This document shows positions 27,749 through 36,117 of a stretch of 64,000 bases of DNA, one piece after another. The translations under genes were made by a program, and so were the position numbers. The notes below the pieces were generated by a model that was not told the origin of the DNA, ran no database searches, and saw only the letters and a program-made list of their open reading frames with translations. Position 1 is the stretch's first letter. Each line of letters begins with the position of its first letter. The stretch is from Bacteriovoracaceae bacterium (lineage in GTDB: Bacteria; Bdellovibrionota; Bacteriovoracia; Bacteriovoracales; Bacteriovoracaceae), in the NCBI GenBank assembly GCA_019752535.1, contig JAIEMA010000014.1:42036-106035 (forward strand), given 5' to 3'.

Positions 27749-28656
27749 TTCTCACTCTTAATATTATAGAAAATATCTTCCAAGCTTAGACGGGTTTGTT
27801 CAACGCCAAGAATACTAATATTTTTATGTACTAGCTCTTGAATGAGTGAATTTTGTTTTTCTTGTGTGACTTCCAGCAAAGTTAGCTCAGGCCCCATGGG
27901 AGCCGATTTAATCAACGCTGTTGAAATTTCAAATTTACCATTTGGAATTTTTATCAAAAAGGATGGCTTCACGTTATCTTGAATCACCTTATCGACTGAT
28001 CCTTGATAGACTAATTTTCCAGATCTTAGAAAGACCACATTGTCGCAACTTTCTTCAACGTCAGGCACAACATGGCTGCTAAAAAAGATTGTCGTTCCCT
28101 CTTCATTAGTTTTTCGAAGTACATCTTTAAACTCTTTTCTACCAATAGGATCTAAGCCCGAGAGCGGCTCATCAAGAATGATGAGCTTTGGGCGATGGAG
28201 TAATACGGCCATAAAACCAAGTCTTTGCAACATACCCTTTGAATAACTACGTAGCGGTCGATCGAGAGCATGATCAATATGTAATATTTCTGAATTTGAT
28301 TTTATTTGATTTTTAATTGTGTCTCTTGTGAGACCAGATAATTCTCCGACGAAGAAAGCAAATTCACGACCAGTCAAATGAGGATAAAAGTAAGGTCGCT
28401 CAGGTAAAAAACCAATTTGATTTAAAGCCTTTTTAAAACTTCCACCAATTTCACTTCCATAATGAACAGTACCCATGTCTGCTCTAATAAAATCTAAGAG
28501 AATTTTAATCGAGGTGGTTTTCCCTGCACCATTTGCACCAAGAAAGCCAACCATGGCTCCAGAGGGGATTGAAAAACTCACATCATTCAATGCATGTACA
28601 GACTGACTTAACAAGTCGGTCTTAAACACTTTGCTCACATTTTCAAAAGTAATCAT
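27745..28656 (-). CDS. ABC transporter ATP-binding protein (position of Myxococcus PilH)
   Basis: 303 aa. Walker A GANGAGKTT, signature-like YSKGMLQRLGF, Walker B LIILDEPLSGLD, H-loop FFSSH. Confidence 0.85.
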   Translation of the reverse strand: MITFENVSKVFKTDLLSQSVHALNDVSFSIPSGAMVGFLGANGAGKTTSIKILLDFIRADMGTVHYGSEIGGSFKKALNQIGFLPERPYFYPHLTGREFAFFVGELSGLTRDTIKNQIKSNSEILHIDHALDRPLRSYSKGMLQRLGFMAVLLHRPKLIILDEPLSGLDPIGRKEFKDVLRKTNEEGTTIFFSSHVVPDVEESCDNVVFLRSGKLVYQGSVDKVIQDNVKPSFLIKIPNGKFEISTALIKSAPMGPELTLLEVTQEKQNSLIQELVHKNISILGVEQTRLSLEDIFYNIKSEK

Positions 28657-28673
28657 ATATAATTTAATTCTCT

Positions 28674-29489
28674 ATGCTTCAGGATTATAAATCAATAGTT
28701 AGCAAAAAGAGTTTATTACTATCCATTCTATTTTTTGGTGTGGCCCTTTATTTTCACCACCACTCACCTCCACTTGAGATCAAGATTGATCGACAGCGAC
28801 ATGCCATTATCCCTAGAGCTTCAATTCTTCGTATTATCGATCTTGGCCTCCATCGAGGATTAGCTGATTTACTGTGGGTTCATACTCTCATGGAATCCGA
28901 CATCGATCATTATAATGCTACAGACCTTCAATCATGGATCTATTTGCGATTAAGAGAAATTGTTACGTTTGATCCCAAGTTTTGGGATGCTTACTATTTT
29001 GGCTCTGAATATTTAATGATTGTAAAAAATGATTTAACTGGAGCAGAAGATCTACTGAAGCGAGGTTTGTCCATCTACCCAGACAACTTCAGTTTAAATT
29101 TTAAAATGGGCTATCTTCTTGCTATTGAAAGGCAAGACCCAGCGGCGGCATTTCCTTTTTTTGATAAAGTTAAAAATGACCCAAATCGGCCTGGCTACTT
29201 TGATTCATTATTTGCAAAACTCGCTTATAGTAAATTTGGAGCTCAAGAAGCAAAAGTGATGATTGTTGAATCACTCAAAAAGCACAAGCCAGAGGATGAG
29301 ATCTATAAACGTTTGTACCATCAACTCTATACTTTGGAATCTCTCACGGATCTGGATTGCCTTAACTCAAATCTTAAAGACTGCAGAAGAACAGATATCG
29401 AGGGATCTCCTTATATCTTTAATTCAGGAAAGTGGACTTCACCTAAACCACTCTTAGAGATGAAACTTCACTACAGAGCTGAAAAATAA
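28674..29489 (+). CDS. Hypothetical membrane-anchored TPR-like protein
   Basis: 271-aa ORF and the only plus-strand gene inside the pil cluster. N-terminal TM LLLSILFFGVALYF, then helical-repeat sequence (AEDLLKRGLSIYPDNFSLNFKMGYLLAIERQDPAAAFPFFDKV). Ends at a strong terminator. Confidence 0.55.
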   Translation: MLQDYKSIVSKKSLLLSILFFGVALYFHHHSPPLEIKIDRQRHAIIPRASILRIIDLGLHRGLADLLWVHTLMESDIDHYNATDLQSWIYLRLREIVTFDPKFWDAYYFGSEYLMIVKNDLTGAEDLLKRGLSIYPDNFSLNFKMGYLLAIERQDPAAAFPFFDKVKNDPNRPGYFDSLFAKLAYSKFGAQEAKVMIVESLKKHKPEDEIYKRLYHQLYTLESLTDLDCLNSNLKDCRRTDIEGSPYIFNSGKWTSPKPLLEMKLHYRAEK

Positions 29490-29519
29490 AAAAACCCACG
29501 ACAAGCGTGGGTTTTTTTT
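29488..29519. terminator. Bidirectional Rho-independent terminator between the 271-aa ORF and pilA
   Basis: aaaaACCCACGacaagCGTGGGTttttttt: 7-bp GC-rich stem, 5-nt loop, A-run on one side and T-run on the other. It sits between two convergent stops. Confidence 0.75.
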
Positions 29520-29536
29520 AAGTATCTCTCTAAGAA

Positions 29537-30091
29537 TTAGTAACCAGCGTTAACCTGAAGAATCTGTTTGTTCTCGTTGATTGTGAATGTTGAACACTTG
29601 TTTGTACCGGCCGGAGCATCTACGAAGTTTTTATCAATTTTACCTGCAGCAGCAGCAAGGAAGTTGTTTTCCGTAGCAGTCCAAGCTGCAGTATCGATAT
29701 AAGCTGTATCAGCTGCAGCCACTGAACCGAGAGCTTTACCAGCAGCGAATTTATCGGCCACAGCAGCACAACCAGATGCACCGTTTGCGATAGCTACTGT
29801 GTGGGTCATAGCAGTGTTGAAACCGATCGCATAATAACGTTGAGCTGCTTCGTTGGTAGGGTTGTAACCCATAAACTGAAGACAAGTTCCATAACTGTCA
29901 TAGTCAGCAAAGAAAGATTGCTCAGCTGTATAGAGAGCAGAAAGCTGAAGTTTCGCTTCTGAAGTTTTAGATTTAGCTTGGTATTTTTTGAAGTTTGGAA
30001 CCGCAATAGCAGAAAGAACACCGATAATGGCCACAACCACCATAAGCTCCACTAACGTAAAACCACTTTCACTATTCATTAGCTTTTTCAT
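29537..30091 (-). CDS. pilA: Type IVa major pilin
   Basis: 184 aa. Class III leader and cleavage site [47 protein letters not shown], with conserved Glu5. Followed by a strong terminator. Confidence 0.9.
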   Translation of the reverse strand: MKKLMNSESGFTLVELMVVVAIIGVLSAIAVPNFKKYQAKSKTSEAKLQLSALYTAEQSFFADYDSYGTCLQFMGYNPTNEAAQRYYAIGFNTAMTHTVAIANGASGCAAVADKFAAGKALGSVAAADTAYIDTAAWTATENNFLAAAAGKIDKNFVDAPAGTNKCSTFTINENKQILQVNAGY

Positions 30092-30230
30092 AGATCCCCC
30101 AGTATTCGACCATTAAGAGGTCGGTTTATCGAAATTAGGAAGTCTAATTTCGGGACTACAGTTTCCCTTCTAAAATTTCATTGAGCATTAAGAGCTCTCA
30201 AAAATTCGATCCAGGTCTTGCAGTAAATTA

Positions 30231-30260
30231 ATAATAACATCAGTTCGTAAATCTCATCAA
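30231..30260 (-). promoter_or_regulatory. Weak candidate sigma70 promoter for pilA
   Basis: Minus strand reads TTGATG-N18-TATTAT (-35 at 30260..30255, -10 at 30236..30231). This would give a leader of about 130 nt. Sequence match only. Confidence 0.25.
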
Positions 30261-30348
30261 AAAACTTGAGCTTTTCCCCTAACCCATCAAAACATCGTCA
30301 ATGATCCCTCGGCTGGTTAGCGTTTTGTGCCAGTTTTATGTGGCAAAA

Positions 30349-31608
30349 CTAGTTGTCCGAGGCTTCAGCCTTATTGCCCCCACTATCATCATCACTTCCA
30401 CCAGCAGACATGAAGATTGGAAGATACATAGCGACCAACACGAGCGCGATCATTCCACCTAAAACGACTAGAATGAGCGGCTCAATGAGTTTTGTCATAT
30501 TGGCCACAACCTCTTCCACTTCTTCCTCAAAGACGTTAGCCACTTTCATAAGCATGGCATCCAAGTTACCAGTGGCTTCACCCACTTTAATCATCTGCAC
30601 AACGAGCTCTGGAAAGTACCGAATTCGTCCCAAGGGCTCTGTTATCGACTTACCCTCAGTCACAGCTTTTCTCACGGCGGTAAAATCACGGGCAATTTGC
30701 TGGTTATCAATCGTCTCAATACAGATATCAAGAGCATCAATGATCGGAACACCTGCAGAAAGCATCGTCGAGAGAGTTCTTGAAAAAGATCCAAGACTTG
30801 CCTTGATGACAAGTTCACCAAAAAGAGGAGCCTTCATGAGGAATCGATCCCATGCAAGCTTTCCTTCTTTGGTTCGAATGAAATTGATGAAAAGCATGAA
30901 ACCAGCAACCAAACCAGGCACCATCAATAAAGTGTAATTTTGAAAAAAATTTGAAATATCAATAACGAGCTGAGTGACGGCCGGGATCTCTTGACCAGTC
31001 TCTTGAAGAATTCCCACGAATTGAGGAACCACAAAAGTCATCAATCCCCAAATAACCAAGGTACCAATACAGACCACGATTGTGGGATACGTGAGAGCAC
31101 CCTTCACTTGTTTTCTCAACTTGTCTTGTTTTTCTAAAAATTCTGCGAGTTTATTCAGAATTCCGTCAAGAATACCGGCGGATTCTCCGGCCTTGACTAA
31201 GTTGCAATAGAGCTTATCAAAAGCCTTGGTGCCAGTGAGAGCATCAAAAAGAGATTTCCCCCCCTCAACCTGAGAGGCTACGTTTTTGATCGTTTTTTTA
31301 AAGAAAAGATTCTTTTCTTGTTTATAGAGAATTTCAAGACACTCCATGATTGGAACACCGGCGTTAATCAAGATCGCCAGCTGACGAGTAAAGCGCATGA
31401 GTTCTACGAGACCAAAGGGCTTAGCTAGTCCTTTGTCGACCATCCACTGACCCAAATCAATTTCTAGGGCCGAGGGTGGAATAATTCTAGAGGGGCGTAT
31501 ACCTTGGCGTCTTAGAAGCTTCTTGGCTTCTTTAAGTGATTCAGCATCAATATCGCCTTCGATACGTTTGCCGTCTTCACGCATTCCGGTATATTTAAAT
31601 TTTCCCAT
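30349..31608 (-). CDS. pilC: Type IV pilus inner-membrane platform protein PilC
   Basis: 419 aa. Duplicated GspF/PilC architecture: ...LMRFTRQLAILINAGVPIMECLEIL... and ...LGSFSRTLSTMLSAGVPIIDALDI... Three TM segments. Confidence 0.9.
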   Translation of the reverse strand: MGKFKYTGMREDGKRIEGDIDAESLKEAKKLLRRQGIRPSRIIPPSALEIDLGQWMVDKGLAKPFGLVELMRFTRQLAILINAGVPIMECLEILYKQEKNLFFKKTIKNVASQVEGGKSLFDALTGTKAFDKLYCNLVKAGESAGILDGILNKLAEFLEKQDKLRKQVKGALTYPTIVVCIGTLVIWGLMTFVVPQFVGILQETGQEIPAVTQLVIDISNFFQNYTLLMVPGLVAGFMLFINFIRTKEGKLAWDRFLMKAPLFGELVIKASLGSFSRTLSTMLSAGVPIIDALDICIETIDNQQIARDFTAVRKAVTEGKSITEPLGRIRYFPELVVQMIKVGEATGNLDAMLMKVANVFEEEVEEVVANMTKLIEPLILVVLGGMIALVLVAMYLPIFMSAGGSDDDSGGNKAEASDN

Positions 31609-31620
31609 CGCTCAATATTC

Positions 31621-32754
31621 CTATTTTTTCTTCGCTCCGGCCTGAAGACCCATCATCCTTTGCAGCTCTTCTGGATTGTTTGTATAACTCAAAGCGGATT
31701 CTGCTGAAATCACACCACCATCCAGAAGCTTCTTTAAGCTTTGATTCATCGTCGTCATACCGGTCTCATCTTGACCAATTTGCATTTGAGAGTAAATCTG
31801 GTGAACCTTATCTTCACGAATCAAGTTTCGAATCGCTGGAGTAATTCTCAAAATTTCTTGAACAGTTGCACGTCCTTTGGGAATTTTGGGTACAAGTTGC
31901 TGGGCGATAACACCCTGAAGAACGAAAGATAAAAGAGTTCGGATCTGTTCCTGTTGCTCATGAGAAAATACGTTCACAATACGATTAATCGTTTGAATCG
32001 TTGAGTTTGTGTGAAGTGTACCAAATACCAAGTGACCAGTTTCTGCGATTGTTAGCGCGGCTTCAATGGTTTCCACATCGCGAAGCTCACCCACAAGAAC
32101 AATATCCGGATCTTGACGTAAAAGTGACTTAAGGCCTTTACCAAAACTCAATGTATCTGCACCAATCTCTCGCTGATTCACAAGTGACATTTTATGTTGA
32201 TGCACGAATTCGACAGGATCCTCTAGAGTGATGATGTGGCCAGGAATTGTTGAATTGAGGCGATCAATCAGAGCTGCAAGTGTTGTCGACTTACCAGATC
32301 CAGTAGGTCCAGTCACGAGCACAAGACCATTGGAAACATTCACAATGTCTAATAAAACTTTTGGCAGGCCTAGAGCATCAAAGTCTGGAATCAAACTTGG
32401 AATTTGTCGAAAGACGGCTGCAACAGCAGCCTTAGAGTAAAATACGTTGGCACGAAAGCGCGCTAGCCCTTTCACACCGAACGAGAAATCTAATTCTAAA
32501 TTCTTTTCTAATTCTGCTTTCTGCTTCTCTGTGAGAATTTGATAAACTAATCGCTTAGTGTCATCTGCAGTGAGAGCCCCTACCTTCACTCTCACAACAT
32601 CTCCGTTAATACGCATACCAGGAGCCGTTCCGGTGGTGATATGTAAGTCAGAAGCACCTGATTCAACCATCACTTTAAAGAGCTGTTGAATCTGCAGTGC
32701 ACCTACGCCGGATTCTCCGACTTTGGTTCGTGTTGCGTCTTGTGAATTACTCAT
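31621..32754 (-). CDS. pilT: Type IV pilus retraction ATPase PilT
   Basis: 377 aa. Walker A GPTGSGKST, ITLEDPVEF, GELRD, and the PilT signature PAIRNLIREDKVHQIYS. Confidence 0.9.
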   Translation of the reverse strand: MSNSQDATRTKVGESGVGALQIQQLFKVMVESGASDLHITTGTAPGMRINGDVVRVKVGALTADDTKRLVYQILTEKQKAELEKNLELDFSFGVKGLARFRANVFYSKAAVAAVFRQIPSLIPDFDALGLPKVLLDIVNVSNGLVLVTGPTGSGKSTTLAALIDRLNSTIPGHIITLEDPVEFVHQHKMSLVNQREIGADTLSFGKGLKSLLRQDPDIVLVGELRDVETIEAALTIAETGHLVFGTLHTNSTIQTINRIVNVFSHEQQEQIRTLLSFVLQGVIAQQLVPKIPKGRATVQEILRITPAIRNLIREDKVHQIYSQMQIGQDETGMTTMNQSLKKLLDGGVISAESALSYTNNPEELQRMMGLQAGAKKK

Positions 32755-32766
32755 CTTTCCCCCGAA

Positions 32767-34437
32767 TTACAAATTATCAGATGCAGAATTTCCGATCGCT
32801 TCTTCTAGTGTAGTTAATCCTTGTGCTACTTTTGTGAGTGCACACATTCTTAATGTTTTCATTCCATCTCTGATGGCTTGTCTCTTAATATCATCTGTTG
32901 ATCCATGCTTAATAACGATCTCGCGAACCTTAGGAGTCATAGCTAGAACCTCATAAATCGCGATCCTTCCCTTATATCCCGTTTCATTACAAGCCTCACA
33001 ACCCTTGCCATGATAAACCTTAATTTTTTCAGCAGAAGCTGGCGCAAAACCACAGGCCACCAACTCTTCAATCCCCACCTTCTTCTCTTCGCGACAGTTG
33101 AGGCAGATTTTACGACATAGTCTTTGTGCAACGACCACATTGAGTGCGGCCACAACCAGGAAGGGCTCGATCCCCATATTAAGGATACGTGTAATTGTGG
33201 CGGGTGCATCGTTTGTATGTAGAGTGGAGAGAACTAAGTGACCCGTGAGTGCTGCTTCTACAGCAATTTCTCCAACCTCTAGATCTCGAATCTCTCCCAC
33301 CATGATAATATCTGGATCTTGACGCAAAAAAGCCTTAAGAGCGGAGGCAAATGTGAGACCAATGTCTTTTCTGACGTTCACCTGGTTGACACCCTCGAGG
33401 TTAAATTCGACTGGGTCTTCTGCTGTAGAGATATTATTATCTGGTGTATTAAGTTCAGAGAGAGCGGAATAGAGAGTTGTCGTTTTACCAGAACCGGTTG
33501 GCCCCGTTACTAGACACATACCGTAGGGACGATAAATGCCCTCTTTGAAGACATCAATTTGCTTTTGCTCAAAACCTAGCTTTGTCATATCAAGCTGCAA
33601 GTTAGATGAGTCTAAGAGTCGCATCACCATCTTTTCACCAAACAGAGTCGGCAGAGATGAAACACGATAATCAATAGGCTTACCACCAATGATCAACTTA
33701 ATACGACCATCCTGGGGCTTGCGCTTCTCAGAGATGTCCATTTGCGCCATGATTTTTAAACGTGACACAATTGAAGCCATCATACTTTTTGGAGGAGTTG
33801 CTGCTTCAACGAGAGAGCCATCAATTCGAAAGCGAATCCTGAAATTCTTCTCATAGGGTTCAACATGAATATCTGAAGCTTTTTTAATAAATGCTTCAGC
33901 TAACATTCTATACACAAACGTCACAACGTCATCGCCAATATCCTCAGCGCGAACAGTTTCTTCAGCAGCCATGGCAGCAGTCACTTCAACAATATTGCCA
34001 ATTAGATCGTCTACTGAATCTTTTATGCCAGAGAAAAGTTTTCTCCACGATGAGAGGTTCGTTAAAATAAATTCGACTTGCTTTTTATAAACATCAGACA
34101 GTTCCTTAACAGCTTCCTGGGTTACTGTAGGATCAAATGTGGCTAATGTGATTTTTGTGGCAGTCTTCTGGATAGGTATAGCTCTATACTTTACTACGTA
34201 TCGCTTCTTAAGACTTGAGAGTGTATCGGGTGGAACTTTTGCATTTCGCAAATCGATAAATGTCATTGAATATTTTTCAGAGACAATTTTAGCAAACTTG
34301 TTCTCATCAAAATATGGCATGCGAAGTAACTCAAATTCAGAAACTTCATCCTCTCGCCCCATTGAAAGGCGACGAAGCTCTTTTAAAGTTGCCATACCTG
34401 TGTTGGTGACAACGTCGATGAATTCCTTGCGAATCAT
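32767..34437 (-). CDS. pilB: Type IV pilus extension ATPase PilB
   Basis: 556 aa. GPTGSGKTTT, TAEDPVEF, GEIRD, and the tetracysteine motif CRKICLNC...GKGCEACNETGYKGR. Confidence 0.9.
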   Translation of the reverse strand: MIRKEFIDVVTNTGMATLKELRRLSMGREDEVSEFELLRMPYFDENKFAKIVSEKYSMTFIDLRNAKVPPDTLSSLKKRYVVKYRAIPIQKTATKITLATFDPTVTQEAVKELSDVYKKQVEFILTNLSSWRKLFSGIKDSVDDLIGNIVEVTAAMAAEETVRAEDIGDDVVTFVYRMLAEAFIKKASDIHVEPYEKNFRIRFRIDGSLVEAATPPKSMMASIVSRLKIMAQMDISEKRKPQDGRIKLIIGGKPIDYRVSSLPTLFGEKMVMRLLDSSNLQLDMTKLGFEQKQIDVFKEGIYRPYGMCLVTGPTGSGKTTTLYSALSELNTPDNNISTAEDPVEFNLEGVNQVNVRKDIGLTFASALKAFLRQDPDIIMVGEIRDLEVGEIAVEAALTGHLVLSTLHTNDAPATITRILNMGIEPFLVVAALNVVVAQRLCRKICLNCREEKKVGIEELVACGFAPASAEKIKVYHGKGCEACNETGYKGRIAIYEVLAMTPKVREIVIKHGSTDDIKRQAIRDGMKTLRMCALTKVAQGLTTLEEAIGNSASDNL

Positions 34438-34505
34438 TTTAAGACCCTTAAATATCCAAATTTCTGATACTTACCTTTCGGAGTCTAAGTACATGAAGTT
34501 AAATA

Positions 34506-35216
34506 TTATTGTTGTGATTCCCAGAAGGTAACCGCGTATTGCGCTTGGCTTTCGAGTAGAGAAAGCCCATCGATATACGACTTTACTCTCGAGGGGAGAT
34601 ACTTTTCATGCTGCTTATGAAGGTAGTTCAAATCCCAAAAAACCCATGTGGCATCTATGTTTCCTTGATAATTAAAATCTCTAGAACAAGCATTGATGAC
34701 AATTTTTGTCTGGTTTGAATTCTCAATAGTCGAAAGATTAAAATGTGAGAGATCGCCATGTTGTTGACGAGAAAATATTGCCGATTGTTGATTAAACTCC
34801 ATCAGTATCTTTTGACAGATCTGTCCCATCACACCATTACCTAGTACGAACCAAGATTTTGGCGAATATTTATTTATCAAGGTTGGAATTATATCTTTGA
34901 GTGCGAGAACATCGGTATTAATTGCAATAATGTCATTTTTCGAAATTTTCAAACAATTAACAGCATCATATTTTTCAAATTCCTTGAGTGCATATTTTGA
35001 ATAGTGCTTCTTCCACGGTGAAGTTATATTGATTCCATCAAATGATTTTTTTAACTCTTCTTCGGTTGGTAAGTCTTTTTCGTGATTAACATCAATAAGC
35101 CTATAGATATGGGGCCTTGAAATAAGCCTTTTATATATTTCGGGTGACTTTGAATGCGAAATATGACTCCCGATCAAACCAAATCTATTCAATTGAAAAC
35201 TCACTCGAAAAATCAA
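34506..35216 (-). CDS. aroE: Shikimate dehydrogenase-like protein (short form)
   Basis: About 230 aa. RFGLIGSHISHSKSPEIYKRL and GINITSPWKKH match the AroE N-domain motifs. The ORF-track start is a TTG at 35216 overlapping ribF; GTG 35204 or TTG 35192 are alternatives, so the start is uncertain. Confidence 0.65.
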   Translation of the reverse strand: MIFRVSFQLNRFGLIGSHISHSKSPEIYKRLISRPHIYRLIDVNHEKDLPTEEELKKSFDGINITSPWKKHYSKYALKEFEKYDAVNCLKISKNDIIAINTDVLALKDIIPTLINKYSPKSWFVLGNGVMGQICQKILMEFNQQSAIFSRQQHGDLSHFNLSTIENSNQTKIVINACSRDFNYQGNIDATWVFWDLNYLHKQHEKYLPSRVKSYIDGLSLLESQAQYAVTFWESQQ

Positions 35217-36117
35217 TATCCTTTCTTACTTGTGCCACCAGCTCATTAACTGAGGAAAACTTCATTTCTGAACGTATCCTGGAATAAAAATTAACCTCAA
35301 TATTCTCACCATAGATATCACCATTGAAGTCAATGATGTGCGTTTCTACAGACAAAGCTCTATCTTCTGAAAATGTCGGATTATGGCCAACATTCGTGAC
35401 TGACCTATAATTCATTCCTGAGAAACTTGTTTGTGTGACATAAACACCAGTAGCAGGAATCAATAGGTCACGATCAATCTGAAGATTGGCCGTAGGGATA
35501 CCAATTTTTTTTCCTCGCCCCTCGCCCTTTATAACAATTCCACTAAGTGAAAAAGGTCTACCAAGTAAGTCATTGGCACTACTAATATCTCCAGTCTCAA
35601 TCAATGAGCGAATAATCGATGAAGACACTTTGCTTGAATTCGTTTCATAGGCTGGGCACTCATAAACGCTTATATTTGTTTTTTTGCAATGCTCTTTTAC
35701 TAATTCGGAGTCTCCCGCCTTATTTGCACCAAATGCAAAGTCCCAACCCAGATACATCGATTTGATCGCGGGATAGGAGAGAACATACTTATCTAGAAAA
35801 TCCTTTGCATTCTGTGTACTAAAGTCTCTCGTGAATGGAAGCTCAATAAGGTAATCGACTCCAAGTTCACTAAGGATCTCCCTTCTTTTCATATAGCTTG
35901 AAATAAGAAAACGAGAAGCGTTGGCCTGAAGAATTTTTCTAGGGTGCGGGACAAATGTCATGACTGCAAGTTTTGTCCCACTCTTTTGTGACTCCGACTT
36001 TATGAGCTGGATCAATTTTCTGTGACCCGAGTGAACACCATCAAAATTCCCAAATGTTATTGTTAACCCAGGGTTTTCTGTGGTCGAAATCTTATCAATA
36101 GAATCAAACGTTTTCAT
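35185..36117 (-). CDS. ribF: Bifunctional riboflavin kinase / FMN adenylyltransferase
   Basis: 310 aa. TITFGNFDGVHSGHRKL (nucleotidyltransferase motif) and the kinase part GRGKKIGIPTANL...GHNPTF. ATGA overlap with batD. Confidence 0.9.
   Translation of the reverse strand: MKTFDSIDKISTTENPGLTITFGNFDGVHSGHRKLIQLIKSESQKSGTKLAVMTFVPHPRKILQANASRFLISSYMKRREILSELGVDYLIELPFTRDFSTQNAKDFLDKYVLSYPAIKSMYLGWDFAFGANKAGDSELVKEHCKKTNISVYECPAYETNSSKVSSSIIRSLIETGDISSANDLLGRPFSLSGIVIKGEGRGKKIGIPTANLQIDRDLLIPATGVYVTQTSFSGMNYRSVTNVGHNPTFSEDRALSVETHIIDFNGDIYGENIEVNFYSRIRSEMKFSSVNELVAQVRKDIDFSSEFSIE

Noticed and set aside
30200-30345. Sigma54 (-24/-12) promoter for pilA, as in Myxococcus/Pseudomonas
   Set aside because: TGGCAC is present (minus strand, about 30327-30332), but the following GC is only 8 nt after the GG instead of 10. 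A second candidate, TGGATCGAATTTTTGAG, lacks the -12 GC at the right spacing. No pilR is adjacent.
30353-30937. 194-aa plus-strand ORF antisense to pilC
   Set aside because: Its Ser/Thr/Pro-rich, low-information sequence is typical of the reverse frame of a membrane-protein gene. pilC on the minus strand is full length with duplicated GspF-type motifs.
34139-34531. 130-aa plus-strand ORF spanning the pilB 5' end and the pilB-aroE gap
   Set aside because: It is antisense to the well-supported pilB N-terminus, with no recognisable motifs. The long antisense ORFs at 20709-21053 and 39202-39567 were rejected for the same reason.
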